DNA of 64,000 nucleotides from Mobula hypostoma (lineage: Eukaryota): the NCBI RefSeq assembly GCF_963921235.1, contig NC_086097.1, positions 14,880,001 through 14,944,000 on the forward strand. The letters are read 5' to 3'. Below, piece after piece: positions 49,050 through 62,488 of the stretch (position 1 is its first letter; each line of letters begins with the position of its first letter). A program made the position numbers and the translations under genes. The notes under the pieces are model-generated. The model was given only the letters and a program-made list of their open reading frames with translations. It was not told the DNA's origin and did not search any database.

Positions 49050-49740
49050 CTTGTGTTCTCAGCATTATTTTTATTTACACATCTTCTTTTGCCATTGGTG
49101 CTTGTCAGGTTTCTGTCTGTAATTTTCCTGTAACTGCCTACAAGAAAATGAATCTCAAGGCAGTAGATGGTAACATCAATGCTCTCTGTGTGGGTGTACG
49201 GCCACACAGTAACTGAAATCCTCCCGTGCCCTCCTGAAATTGGACAGAGCTAGGAAACTTTATGAAACTTGACAAATTTTCTTTGTTGTACTGTATTTTA
49301 TTATACCCTTCAATTTATAAATAAAATCAACTCCATGTGATTTTTCAATTTTCATTCTAAATATTCATAGTATACATATTCCAAAAAAATAATTTTAGGT
49401 GCCACGCAGTTTTCAGGCAGTGTAAAAATTTCCTGCTCAGAGCAATGGTTGGTCCACACAGCTGTAAAAAAATATTCGAGGGAATGTTGGGTAACATACG
49501 TGTACTTTGATAATAAATTTACTTTGAGTTGGAAACTGTTCAGTTTCAAAGTTCAGAGACACAATTGACCGAAGAAGGTGATGGAACTGGAATCGATGAA
49601 TAGAAGCCTGTTGTGTGTGAATGAGTGAGCACAAAGTGCCATGAGATATATGCAAAAAAGGAACTGTGCAACAGTGATGATTTTATTGCTCTGGCGAGAG
49701 GATTGACTGATTCCAGGAAGCTTCCGTTACCAGTGAAAGT

Positions 49741-49762
49741 GAGAGAGAGAGAGAGAGAGAGA
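49741..49762. repeat. (GA)n microsatellite
   Basis: Read directly from the sequence. Confidence 0.95.
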
Positions 49763-50649
49763 GCTTGCTGCAATGACTGGGTCACTGGGTGCCAACAGCA
49801 CAGCTATAGCCAGGACCACAGTTACAGTTGTCCATGTTATTTTCTAACTAATAACCATCTCACCTGAAAAGGACTTTTAGCTGCTATATTGCTTGCACTC
49901 CAAAGATATAGCTTCAATAAGTAATTTAATGCAATATAACTGCATCAGCTTAAGTGTGACATTATCGTGCAATGTTACTGTAAACAGCTCAAGTTTTCTT
50001 TATTCCAAATGTTCCATTACTCTGATAGTGCAAGACTTCAGGTGACAAAGATTTTAAAAAGTACATACACACACACACACACAACTATCTATATTTATTA
50101 CATAGTTCAGAAACAACTGACTGTGCATTTAACTCTGCTGCACACCCTGGTATTTCAGCTCCTGACGTAAGGCTGGCTGACATTCCTCAGGATGAATGAG
50201 TCTTATACCTCTTATTACACGTTTATTACAAAACAGTATTCCTATTCCTTCCCAGCGATTATTGGAATTACTGTCCAAGGAGTGATAATGTCCAACGAAA
50301 AGTTCAAGTTTAATTATCATTCAACCATACCTGAATACAGTCAAACAAAATGCGTTCCTCAGGGGCCAAAGTGCAAAGCACAGTACCAACAGTCATACAC
50401 AACACAAAGCACAAATAGCACTTGCGTATAAGTTAGCAGTAAACATACAGTCACACAAAAAAAATGTACTGAACTTATTGGTGCAGGCACGCACTGTAAA
50501 AATTAGAATTGGAATCAAAATATCCTGATGAACAGGCAAAGCAAAATTAACAATGGAAAGAAAATATGTCCTTGCATTCGAGAAGGAGACAGCATTATTT
50601 CCTTGCACAGATCTGAAAAGCAGGGCATAACTCATGCCTAGAAGGTTTC

Positions 50650-50787
50650 TGCCCTGATGAGGGGTCTTGGCACAACAAAATGTTGACTGTTGATTCATTT
50701 CCATAGATACTACCTGATCTGCTGAGTTCCTCCAGCATTTTGTGTGTATTGCTCTGGGTTTACAGCATCAGCAGAATCTCTTGTGTC
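50650..50787 (+). mobile_element. Single-arm Penelope-like 3' end
   Basis: CTGATGA-GGGGTCTTGGC... then gatactacctgatctgctgagttcctccagcattttgtgtg...cagaatctcttgtg. Confidence 0.8.
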
Positions 50788-53104
50788 CGGGAAGTTTCAG
50801 TGCTGGTTCTCAGCCAGTGTGAGGTACTAGTTAAGTACAGCAGACCATTTCACTCACACCAGCTCATTTACTCAAACAGATTTCAAAGCCTTTTCCTTCA
50901 CTACCAAACCCAGAAGTTTTTCCAGTTAAGTGGAGAAATTCCAAATATTTACTGTGAATTCCCTCCATACTCATTTGATCCTTTAACACTTCAGACCACT
51001 CATCTGCACTGATTTTATCATTTCTATATTATCTACTGTCTGATAAATCTATAGACCATGCTAACTTTCAAGACAGAGTAACACAGTTCACTAATCTTCA
51101 TAGTGCCTGTATTATAGATGCCCAATAACTAAAGATAAAGACTAGCTTTAATTGTCACATGTATATCAAAACATACAATGACATGCATCAAATCAAATCA
51201 GCGAGGACTGTGCTGGGCAGCCTGCAAGTGTCGCTGTACTTCCGGAACCAACGTAGCCTGCCCACAACTCACTAACCCTAACCGAATGTCAGGTCAGACT
51301 GAGGGAGGAAACCGGAGCACCCGGAGGAAAGCCAAGCAGTCACAGGGAGAACGTACAACCTCCTTACAGGCAGCGGCGGAATTGAACTCCGGTCTTACAG
51401 CTGGCTACTAATTTATACTTCTTGACCTCACAAACTACTGAGTTATGGCCTTGTATCTGTTTGCCTGCCTGCACTTTCTCTGTAACTGCAACACTGCACT
51501 GTTATTGTTTTCCCTTGAACTAGCTCAATGCACTGATATGATGAATGATCTGTACAGATGGCAAGCAAAAGTTTTTCAGAATGCTGCACATCGCTGCCTG
51601 TGACAATAATAACCCAATTTAGTTTTTCCAATTTAACTATTATCTGTTACACCTGTTTCCCTTGGACAAAGGAAAAACAAGTTCAAAGTAAATTTTATTA
51701 TCAAAGTACATACATGTCACCACATACAACCTTGAGATTCATTTTCTTATGGGCATTCTCAGCAAATCTATAGGATAATAACTATAATAGAACCAATGAA
51801 AAAGAGCCAATTAGAGTGTTCAACCAGTGTAGATGACAACAAACTGTGGAAATGCAAAAAGAAATAATAATATAAATAAATAAACAATTAATAAAGTAGC
51901 CTCAACACTAAAATTATCCTCTGACCACAGCAATTAATTACAGCATAGCTTCTCAACTGTATAATTTTTCTCTAATCTAAATCCAAGGTAAATTCTGTAA
52001 AGAATGCAAGTAAAGACTACACCCCGCCCCCCCACCCCAACGAGAACAAGCTGGAGACACAAGGAACGTGAAAAATAGAAAGAAAGAGATTGGGAGAAGA
52101 GAATGGAAAAAAACAGAAAAATGAAGAGTGCATAACGGGGGCAAAGATGAAAGCACAGCAGAAGAGATTGGAAAGAAAATACAGAGTGCTTGAAGTGAGT
52201 GATAGAAAAACAATAGAGAATGCGAGAGAAAAACAGAAAAGGAGAGAAGGGCAGGAGGGGAATGGAGAGATAGCTATAATGTGTTAGAGAAAAAGTGCAA
52301 ACAACTGAGTGAAAGCTGAGGTGAGGGATACTGAAAGAGAGAATAAAATAAAAGCAGGTATAAACAAAGATTTCACTATGTACAGTGTGTTTTGCCAAAT
52401 TAATATAACAAGGATTTGCATCATAATTTTACAGATGGCAAGTGTCACATTCTTAATACTGGCCACAGCAAGCACACAGTATGGGCATTTCCATGGAGAG
52501 TGAAAGAGAAAAGAAAGCGAACATAGCCAAGTCACCGATTGCTGTCCAGACTCATGATGTTAATAGAACAGCAACATCTGGCCCTCAGGGAGAACAAATC
52601 CAACCAGAGGTCAAACAGATTGCACCCCATTGACACAGGACTTTACCTGACAGTTGTTGTCTGTCTTGCACAAAATGCAACGGTGCCAAACTCCAAATTA
52701 ATTCTGGCTAATCACTGGTGATATAAAGATACAGAGGGGTTAGATCATAAGATATAGGAGCAGAATTAGACTATTCAGCCCATCGGGTCTGCTGTGCCAT
52801 TCTAACATGGCTGATTTATTATCCTTCTCAACCCATTCTTCTGCCTTCTCCATGCAGCCTTTGTTGCCCTGACTTATCAAGAGCCTTTCAACCTCTGCTT
52901 TGGAATCGCCTCTGAGAATTTTTCTGCTAAAAATTTGTTAACAGAATATCATAATTACACACCAAAAAATTGGACATAAATGACACAATTACAAACAATA
53001 ACTCAAAATCCATGGCTGTTTCATGCTTCATTGTGACACTAATGTAGTTATAATATTTACAAAACATTGAGCAAATAAAACAACTCCAACACAGTGGCAT
53101 ATTG

Positions 53105-53395
53105 TGGCATGAGTTCACGGCGCTAGCCAGGTGTCAGAGAACATTTTGGGAGTGTAGTGTTATGTGTTTCACTGGAACGGGGCTGCACGAGGACATACCC
53201 GATCAAAACTTCTCCATGGACGGCTTCCAGACCGTTCTGGCTGACCAGAAGTGCACTCAGAGTGGTAAGCGTAAAGGAGTTGGGTGCTTACTGTTCTGGT
53301 TAACAACAGATGGTGCAATCCAGGTCATATTACGATCGAGGAACGTGTTTGCAGACCGGATATTGAACTGTTTACTGCTGGACTTTGGCCACATT
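53105..53395 (+). mobile_element. LINE APE-endonuclease fragment (Rex1/L2-like)
   Basis: ECSVMCFTGTGLHEDIPD...DGFQTVLAD...SGKRKGVG...VNNRWC...CRPDIEL. Confidence 0.75.
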
Positions 53396-53655
53396 CCACC
53401 GTGATACAACACTGGGCGGCACGGGAGGTCGTTCCTGCCAGTGGCCATCGAACTTGCAGCTCCTCCCATGGAGGGTCAGACACCCTGAGCCAATAGACTG
53501 GTCTTGGACCTTTTTCCATCTGGCATAGTTTGCATTTTGTTGTTTGATTGTTTGTGGTTTTTGTATTGCTATATTTATGCTCTATTCTTGGTTGGTGCGG
53601 CTGTAACGAAACCCAATTTCCCTCGGGATCAATAAAGTATATCTATCTATCTATA
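53396..53655 (+). mobile_element. Rex1-type LINE 3' end with (TATC)n tail
   Basis: 'RHGRSFLPVAIEL' remnant; caatttccctcgggatcaataaagta followed by tatc repeats. Confidence 0.7.
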
Positions 53656-54734
53656 TGGGGCAATATTTTTAATAAAAGGTTTCACTTCAGAATTTTTCAA
53701 TTAATCAGTTTCAATATCAAAACTCAAAAGGAAAAATTGATGCTTTCTTTGAATTTTACTACTGGCCACATCAACTAAGTGTAGAACTTGTTTTAATTGT
53801 CAACATAATGCTCCGCCAGCGTGAAAAAATGAACTGTGGATCTTGCAGGTCCATGGCCGAATGAATGGCGTTCGTAAATATGTAATAAATAAGAATTCTA
53901 AAAGCCTTCCTGACAAAGGCAATTAAAATAAATCGCCACGCAAAGCAGTAGATCTTTACAAATAATCACAGGACCTTTATCCAATGCATTGGAAATTCAA
54001 TTTAATAGCTGTCTCCTCTTCAGTGAATTGATTTCAATGGTAATACATATATCTAAGAGGGAACACCACACATTCTATTGAAACGTGAAAACACTGAGAT
54101 GTTCCTTTCATCCAAGTCAAAAAATATAAAGTTGATAAAACATTAAAATTAAAGGAAATTTTTTTTCAGATATGCATGAAAACCCACTTACTTATATTTT
54201 TACAACAGCTTCTCATCTCCTGAAATTTTATGTACAATGACATCTAGGTCATTCAAAGTGAACGTGAATGACAGAGACATTATTGAAAATTTCAGGGAAT
54301 ACACAAGCAGGCCACCTGAATATTCTTTATCTGAGCTGCAGGCAGTTCTTGTAGGCAAAGATTCGAATTGGCTGGCTGCCCACACAGGTCGAACTGACTG
54401 CTAAATTAAATCTCTACGAATGTCTCTTTATCCAAATTTATCTGCCCAATCATCTAATCATTTGCTTTGGCCGTGACCTTATTCAGAATACTCTTTCAAC
54501 CTTTGTGTCCTAATGGAAATTTGCAACTCCTTCAATGTCAAAACAGACTTCTTGAATTTGGGCTAAACATGTTTAAGCTGAGAAGAAATAGTCAGAGGTG
54601 CAAAGTGTGAATGAAAATGTCAGAGAGTTGTGGAAAAGATACTTTCAACACAAGATATGGTCACTATTAAAATGAGTTAAAAATCAATATTAAATACAGA
54701 CAGGATGTATTGGTATTGGAGAAAATGTCCACAG

Positions 54735-55292
54735 CACATTTAAAAGAATAACAACAGGGATGAAAGGGTTAATGTGGAGTGTTTGATGCCTGTGTGTCTG
54801 TACCGGATGGAGTTTAGAAGAATGACGGGGGAATTTCACTGAAACCTATCCAATATTGAAAGGCCTAGACAGAGTAGATGCGGAGAGTAGTTTTATATAG
54901 TGGGGCAGCACAGCCTCAGAATAGAAGATTGTCCCTTTAGAACATAGAGGAGGATGAATTTCTTTGGCAAAGAGACGTGAACCTGTGGAATTCACTGCCA
55001 CAGACAGCTGTGGAGGCCAATTCATTGGGTATGTTAGTGAGGACATCAAAGTTACAGGGAAAAGTAGAAAAATGGGGTTGGGAGGAAATATAAATCAGCC
55101 ATGATTAAATGGTGGAGCATACTCGACTGGCCAAATGGCCTAATTCCACTTCTTTATCTGATGGTCTGCCAGTCTTCCATACAACCTTGCCCAGGCCTGC
55201 ACCCTGGAGAGTGAAGACTTTCCAGGCACAGATCCATAGTCTCGCAAGACTAACGGATGCCTTTATTTAACTATTTATCTGATGGTCTTATG
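54735..55292 (+). mobile_element. CR1 3' fragment
   Basis: Decayed RT C-terminus and tail, interrupted at 55168-55273. Confidence 0.8.
55168..55273 (+). mobile_element. 106-bp retroposed fragment with 15-bp TSD
   Basis: TSD TTTATCTGATGGTCT at 55153-55167 and 55274-55288. Confidence 0.75.
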
Positions 55293-55427
55293 TTCCACAG
55301 CAATAACATGGCTCTCCCTTCGAGAGGATCCAGCAACATCTATACATTGGACTAATAACTCACAAGCAGACCATTCAGTCTAATCAAACTTTGCTTGTGT
55401 TTATACTCCACTCAAAGCCGCCGACTT

Positions 55428-55852
55428 TGCAGGAAAGCAGCGTCCATCATTAGGGAGCCCCACCACCCAGGACATACGCTCTTCTTGCTGCTGCCATCAG
55501 CAAGGTGGTACAAAAGCCTCAGGACTTGCACCACCAGCTTCAGCAACAGTTACTATCCTCAACCATCAGGCTTCTGGACCCATCATTGAAATGCTCCCAC
55601 AACCAACGGACTCACTCTTCATCTCATGTTCTCAATATTAATTGCTTATTTATTTATTATCATCTCTTCTTCTGTATTTGCACAGTGTATTGTCATCTAC
55701 ACTCTGGTTGGTCGCCCTAGTTCGGCAGTCTTTCATTGATTCTGTTATAGTTATTATTCTATAGATTTGAGTTTGGCCATGAGAAAATGAATGCCAGAGT
55801 TGTGTATGGTGACATACATGTATTTGGCTAATAAATTTACTTTGAACTTGAC
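55428..55852 (+). mobile_element. Rex1/Babar-like 3' fragment
   Basis: CRKAASIIREPHHPGHTLFLLLPSARWYKSLRTCTTSFSNSYYP; tail aataaatttactttgaacttg. Confidence 0.8.
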
Positions 55853-57027
55853 TTTCTCTCCACATCTAAACTGATCGGTGTAGCCCCTATGCATTTTACC
55901 ATCATCCACTGGTCTTACTTCCCCTGTCAATATCTCCTCAAATACTATCTGTGCTACTGAAATCCATATTCTAACCACTCTTGAGTACAGATCCTCCCAA
56001 GGTTACAAGGTTCTGTTCCTGTGAACTGTTTGTAAAATTATGTAAAATCTTCCTTTGTAATTTACTGGGAATGGCAAGAGATCAGCAATGCTACAAATTA
56101 AAAGAGTGGAACATACAAACAGCCCAGTACTTAATCGAATTAACAAGAAACACATTTACAGTCTCCACATGTCAACAAGTTCGATCTCCTTGGGTGAAGG
56201 ATACAAATAGCCAGCATTTTAATGAACTCCTGCCACTATCTCAGCTATAGCGAGGCCAAAAGAGGAATTACAAAGCCAATCAAATATTTAAGAATATTTC
56301 AAATTGCCCACTGGAATATGACATTTAGCAGCAGTACACCCTTCAGCTGAGACTATCAGCAATCAACATGTCATGCACTCAGTTAATTGTGTCAAGTCAA
56401 GTGGGGAAGCAATTGAGACTTCAAATTGTCTTGTATCTCCAGACACAAGTTATGTACACAGCAGAAAGACAACTGCTGTGTTCTACAGATTAACAATTTC
56501 AATGAAGTAGAAAAATCATTAGGAAAAATTAATGAGTTTAATTATGTTAACCCTTTGAGGAGTACAAAATTTCAGAGAAAAAAAAACATGAATTTTCCAC
56601 TCTAGAAACAGCAGTCAAAATTCAAGGGGAGGATTTTCAGTCGGCTCATTTCAGCAACAGAGCAAACAAAAGTATCTTCGTATCCACATTTATCACCACA
56701 ATTAATATTTGCATTTACTAGACGTCAGTTCGAAATGTTTCAAAGCACTTCATATAATGAATTACTTAAAAGTGCGGCTGACAGTTGTTACATGGGCAAA
56801 TTAAGTCATTATTCCCCACTAGCAAGCATTATGAAATGCAGCGAGTTGAAGAACTTGCTAAGCTGTTTTGGTGTTAATTGGTGGAGGGAGAAACAGTGGT
56901 TAGGACAGAGAAGAGTGCCAGGATCTTCAAATAAATGGATGGACCACTGCACAGAATCAGAAAAAAACTGCAGAGAATTGCAAGCTCCATCATGCATACT
57001 AGTCCCCCCCACATCAAGGACATCTTG

Positions 57028-58092
57028 AAACCATAAGACCATAAAATACTGGAGCAGAATTAGGCCATTTGGCCCATCGAAAGTGCTCTGCCATTTCATC
57101 ATGGCTGAACCATTTCTCTCTCAGCTCCAATCTCTTGCCATCTCCCCATAACTCTTCATGCCCTGACAAATCAAGAATTACCTGCCTTAAATATACCAAA
57201 TGACTTGGCCTCCATCGTGACCAGTGATAATGAATTCCACAGATTCACCACTCTCTGGCTGAAGAATTTCCTCATCTCTATTCGAAAAGAACGTCCTTCT
57301 ATTCCTCGGATGCGTCTTCTGGTCTTAGACTCTCCCACCATAGGAAACATCTTCTCCACATCCACTCTATTGAGGCCTTTCCATGGTTGACAGGTTTCAA
57401 TGAGGGTGCCCCTCACTCTTCTGAATTCCAGTGAGTACAGGCCTAGGGCATTCCATTGCTCCTCATATGACGAGCCTTTCAATCCTGGAATCATTTTCCT
57501 GAACCTCCTTTGAACTCTCTCCAATGTCAGCACATCCTTTCTTAGACAGGGGGCATAAAACTCCTCATAATACTCCAAGTGTGGCATCACTAGTGCTTTA
57601 TAAAGCGTCAACATTATATCCTTGCTTTTATATTCTAGTCCTCTTGAAATGAATGCTAACATCACATATGCTTCCTCACTACCGACTCAACATGCAAATT
57701 AACCTTTAGGGAATCCTGTATCAGGTCCTTTTGCACCTGAGATTTTTTGAATTTTGTACATTTCTATTTCTTCTACCAACGTGCATGACCATACACTTCC
57801 TGACACTGTCTTCTATTCACCACTTCTTTGCCTATTCTCCTAATCTGTGTAGATCCGTCTGCAGCCTCTCTGCTTCCTCAAAACTACCTGCCCCTGCACC
57901 CATCTTCGTATTGTCGCAAACTTGGCCACGAAGCCACCATTTTCATCATCCAAATCACTGACATTTAACAAAAGAAGCAGTCCCAACGCAGACCCCTGTA
58001 AAATATCACTAGTCACCGCTGCCAATCAGAAAAGGCTCCCTTTATTCCCACCTGTTGCCTCCTACCAATCAACCAATGCTTTACCCATGCTC
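57028..58092 (-). mobile_element. CR1 LINE 3' ~1 kb
   Basis: ORFs 57840..58025 (LQGSALG...VAKFA) and 57171..57665; (accataag)n-like tail. Confidence 0.9.
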
Positions 58093-60159
58093 TATTTTCA
58101 AAAGTGTGATGTCTCAAAAAGGTGGTATCCAGCATTAAGGACCCCCATCTCACCTGACATGCCCATCAGAGAGGGAGCACAGACGCCCGAAGACACACAC
58201 CTAATCTTTTAGGAACAGCTTTCCCTCCTCCACCATCAGATATCTGAATGAACAATGAACTAACACATGAATACTACTGCAGTATTTTGCTCTCTTTTTG
58301 CACTACTCTTTTTTTTACAGTACTGTGCAAAGATCGTAGATCTACCTACATATATCTGTCTAGAGTGCCGAAGCCTTTCTAGTTACCAAATAATACTTAA
58401 TACTACTGAGCTAATACAAAGCTAATTCTCTTATTTCTGTTTCCCAACCACCTTCCTATTTTAACCAATATACAGTACTGTGCAAAAGTCTTAGGCATAT
58501 ATACAGCACCTAGATTAATATGTCAGTGATATTAAACCTGATTCTGATATGTCAAGGAACTTTCATGTCATCATTAAAGGCATCCATAGGTCAATATATC
58601 CAATGGTACAGCACTTCAGAAAAACTTAACACTGTGGATGCTGGAATCACTGGATTAACATCGAATTCTCCAACTTCAGGAAAACTGCCCATCACTGCTT
58701 CCCATTATCATCTGTGACAGACAGCACTCAGTAAACGTACTCCTTACACATACGCATTCATGCACAAACACACACTACCTTGTCATTCTGCTGTCATTGC
58801 ACTTCAAAGCCCTCCCCGGTTTAATCTCACAATGGGTTTTAGACCGAGTTAATGCACTCAGGGTGGCTTTGTGGCATCTTTCCCACTACACACTTCCGAT
58901 TATTCCATTTCTTTAGTAATGGGGATGTGTAAATGTGTACATGTTGTTTGTATACTGTATTTAAGGTAGACACTTCCATTTATTTTGTAACTACATTGTG
59001 GGGTGTATCAGATTCTGAGTCTAAAGTTAACTTTGTGGGGAGTTAAAGATGGTATGTCCTGGTGCCGAATAAACAGGGTTCATCGTTCTCAGTAGCAGGG
59101 AGATATCAGGGCTGCCAGAAGCTGCCTTGTAGATATCTTTTTGTAAATATTAGTAATTTTCTTTTCACTATTCTCATTAATTTTTTTAAGTTTGATTTTT
59201 GATGCACCTAATAAACACCCTTGCATGAAAATGCTAAGCCACTCCAGCCATTTTTTCCTTTGGTCATAACCCATATATCTATCATCATCCTTATGTACCT
59301 TACTTGCCCTGTTTCTTCATAATCCCTTTTGATCGACAATCATGCTTCTTATCACCAGATTTGCCTAAATCTGCCTCCATACAACCTTTCATCTCACTCC
59401 ATCTCCCAGCCCTGCTTCCACGAGTGTAAACATTTCACTCCTCCATGAGTTCCAAGGAAGGGCTGACTAATTTCTTTCTGCTGAGGTTGCTTGACCGGTT
59501 GAGTTTCTCCAACATTTTTGCTACTAACTTAACATTTCTATAGTACTTGTCTGAGTGCTACTGGTACCATGTAACCCAGTACTACCTGTCACATGGTCGG
59601 ATGGTTGGCGACTAAACCGGCTCCCCCACAGGCTTGCCTGGTGAGGAGGGTGGCTAGACACCCTGCAGGATGAAAAACAAGACCTGTCAAAGGGCGGATG
59701 AACCCTCTCGTAGGGTCAACGGCCATCTAGCAAACACGTGCCGTGAAGCACGGAAAGGGCATCCCTTGCTTGGTCTGGCCATTCACTGCAACAGAACTTC
59801 CCCCAGCCGTCTTGGACCCCACCATGCTGCTGGATCCGGGAGGGGATGTCGAGAGGGTGGGTCTGGACCTGTGCAACCCCCTACTCACCTAAAGTCCACC
59901 CACGCACACGCTGTTTCTTTCTGAGGAGTGGGGTATAAACCCCACTAACTGACTGAAAGGAACCATCATCATCCTATGGGTTGGATAGCCAGGGAGAGAG
60001 AGAATACTGCACTAGATCAATGGTTTTAATTAGAAGATTAAAACTGCTGCAATGAGCTTGAATCCACAACCTTTGGAAAGAGACGAATAAGAACGGTACA
60101 GACGAATTCAAGAAACTTAATTTTGCAGTCAGAAAGTGTGCAGCAATTAGCTAAAGAGT

Positions 60160-60490
60160 CATTATCATCTTTATGTGCCGTGTCATATGACATAGGCAAT
60201 CATGGTCTCATGACCATGATTGTTCTTGGCAAGTTTTTCCTCAAAAGTGGTTTGCCACTGCCTTCTTCTAAGCAGTGTCTTTACAAGCCTTTATCAATAC
60301 TCTTGAGAGATTGTCTACTTGGTGTCAGTGGTTGCATAACCAGGACTTGTGATAATCTCCAGCTGCTCATATGACCATCCACCACCTGCTCCCATGGCTT
60401 CACCTTGACAAAGGATGACCTGCAGGCTGGTGGAGGGAAGGAGTTTCTTGCACCTCCTTTGGTATAGACATATCTCCACCCCTCCACCCA
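60160..60490 (-). mobile_element. RTE-related SINE-like element, copy 4
   Basis: Same family with an internal deletion; the structured 5' head is preserved. Confidence 0.75.
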
Positions 60491-61337
60491 GAGCTAAAAG
60501 GCATCATGGCAAAAATACAGCAAAGACTAGCCACATCTACATAAAAAAATTGACCATCAGAGATCTATGAGCACCTGGAAGTGACAACCACGTGAGTCAG
60601 TTACATACATTAAACAACATACTATATGTACGAGGTTATAAAGCCTCTCTCTCTCAGACCTGCATTCTCACTACCACATTGTACTCAAACTGCACACAGA
60701 TGGGCAGTAGCAACAATCTAAATATTGACTTACAGAACTCGTTATAAAATGTAATTAAATATTTACATTGCTTTCCCTTCAGTGAAAATTCAATAAACTG
60801 AGAGGTTAAAGTACCACGACTATAATTGTTTTCCCTCTGCCTGACTTGGAGTGACAGTTATAAATACAGTTTAAGATCAATTAACTAGTTTAATGCTCCA
60901 GAGGAAAAGAAATCTCAAAAAAAAATCACTGTAAAGTTTGTTTAGTGGGCAAACGTCCATGATTCGATCGTGTTGCTATTATCACAATCTTCAAATCTCC
61001 AAATAAGTCATTTATACATCAGAAGACCAGGTGCCAATTCAATCCAATTCCAGCCTTTTGTATTTTACACTACAGGTGAAAACCATCTGTATTAATGTCA
61101 TGATATGAACTTTAGGGTCCCAGTGATAGTATCTGTTGGACATACACAGTATTTGGAACAATTCTTAGTTACTCAAATGTTTCAAAGACCATTGTAAGAA
61201 CCAAGGAACAGAGTAATGCAGTGGTTCCTATATGCTGACTGAAGCAAACTACATTCCACCAGTAAGAAGAGAAGAGCAAAATGGCAGATAGTTATTAGAG
61301 AAGTTCGGATCTGCTTTCTGTGTGATGTAACAGACGA

Positions 61338-61603
61338 AGTGCCACGGTAGCATAGAGATTAGCACGATGCTCAGGCATTAGAGTTCAGAGTTCAATTCTG
61401 GCATCCTCTCGAAGGAGTTTCTATATTCTCCCCGTGAACTCGTAGGTTTCCTCCCACGGTCCACAGACATAACAGTTAGTAGGCTAATTGATCATTGTAA
61501 ATTGTCCTGTGATTAGGCTACGGTTAAATAGATGGGTTGTTGGGCAGTGTGACTCGCTGGGCTGGAAGGGCCTGTGCTGCACTGCATCTCTGAATAAAAT
61601 AAA
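61338..61603 (+). mobile_element. V-SINE (HE1-like)
   Basis: gtgccacggtagcatagagattagc / gagttcaattc head, V-domain, and gaagggcctgt...aataaaataaa tail. Confidence 0.8.
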
Positions 61604-61634
61604 TGGACTAGCAGCAAGATCTTGGAAAGGTAGG

Positions 61635-62488
61635 AATGCCATTTCAAGTTTGCTGACAGTACCACTGTTGTAGGCCGAATCAAAGGTGGTGATGAATCAG
61701 TAAATAGGAGATTGAAAATCAGCCTGAGTGGTGCCACAACAACTTCTTTCAGAGGACCTGTCCTGGGCCCAGCATGCCAGTACAATTACAAAGAAAGCAC
61801 AGCAGTGCCTCTATTTACTTAGGAGTTTGCAAAGAATCAGCATGGCATCTTAAACTTTGACAAACTTCTATAGATTTGTGGTGGAGGGTATACTGACTGA
61901 CTGCAACACAACTTGGTATGGAACACCAATGCTCTTGAATAGAAAATCCTACAAAGAGTAGTGGATATGGCCCAGTCCATCACGATAAAGCCCACCCCAC
62001 CATTGAGCACATCTACACGAAGCACTGTCTCAAGAGAGCAGCATCTATCGTCGGGGGCCCCAGCACCCAGGTCATGCTCTCTTCTCTCTGCTGCATCAGA
62101 TAGAAGGCACTCATACCACCACCAGGTTCAGGAGCAGTTATTACCCCTCAGCCATCAGGCTCTTGAACCAAAGGGGATAACTTCATTTGCCCCATCACTG
62201 AAATGTTCCAACAACCTATGGACTCACTTTCAAGGACTCTTCATCTCATGGTCTTGATATTCATTGCTTATCTATTTTTTTTTGTTATTATTTCTTTCTT
62301 TTTGTGTTTGTACAGTTTTTTTGCCTTTTGCACACAAGTTGAGCACCCAGTTGGTGCAGTCTTTCAATGATTTTGTTCTGGTTACTATCCTATTAAGTAT
62401 TTATTGAGTATGCCCGCCAGAAAATGAATCTCAGGGTTGTCTATGATGCTATACATACGTACTTTGATAATAAATTTACTTTGAATGT
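61635..62488 (+). mobile_element. Rex1/Babar-like LINE 3' fragment
   Basis: 'ISSLLTVPLL' overlaps a KFADxTTVVG-like remnant, then KKAQQCLYLLRSL and the family tail. Confidence 0.8.

Noticed and set aside
51934..52398. 154-aa hydrophobic ORF
   Set aside because: Translation of a purine/pyrimidine-skewed low-complexity tract (F/S/L rich) with no recognisable domain.
60421..60490. HDV-like ribozyme in the head of the RTE-related SINE
   Set aside because: I found only nested stems and could not assign the P1/P2/P3/P1.1 double pseudoknot by eye.
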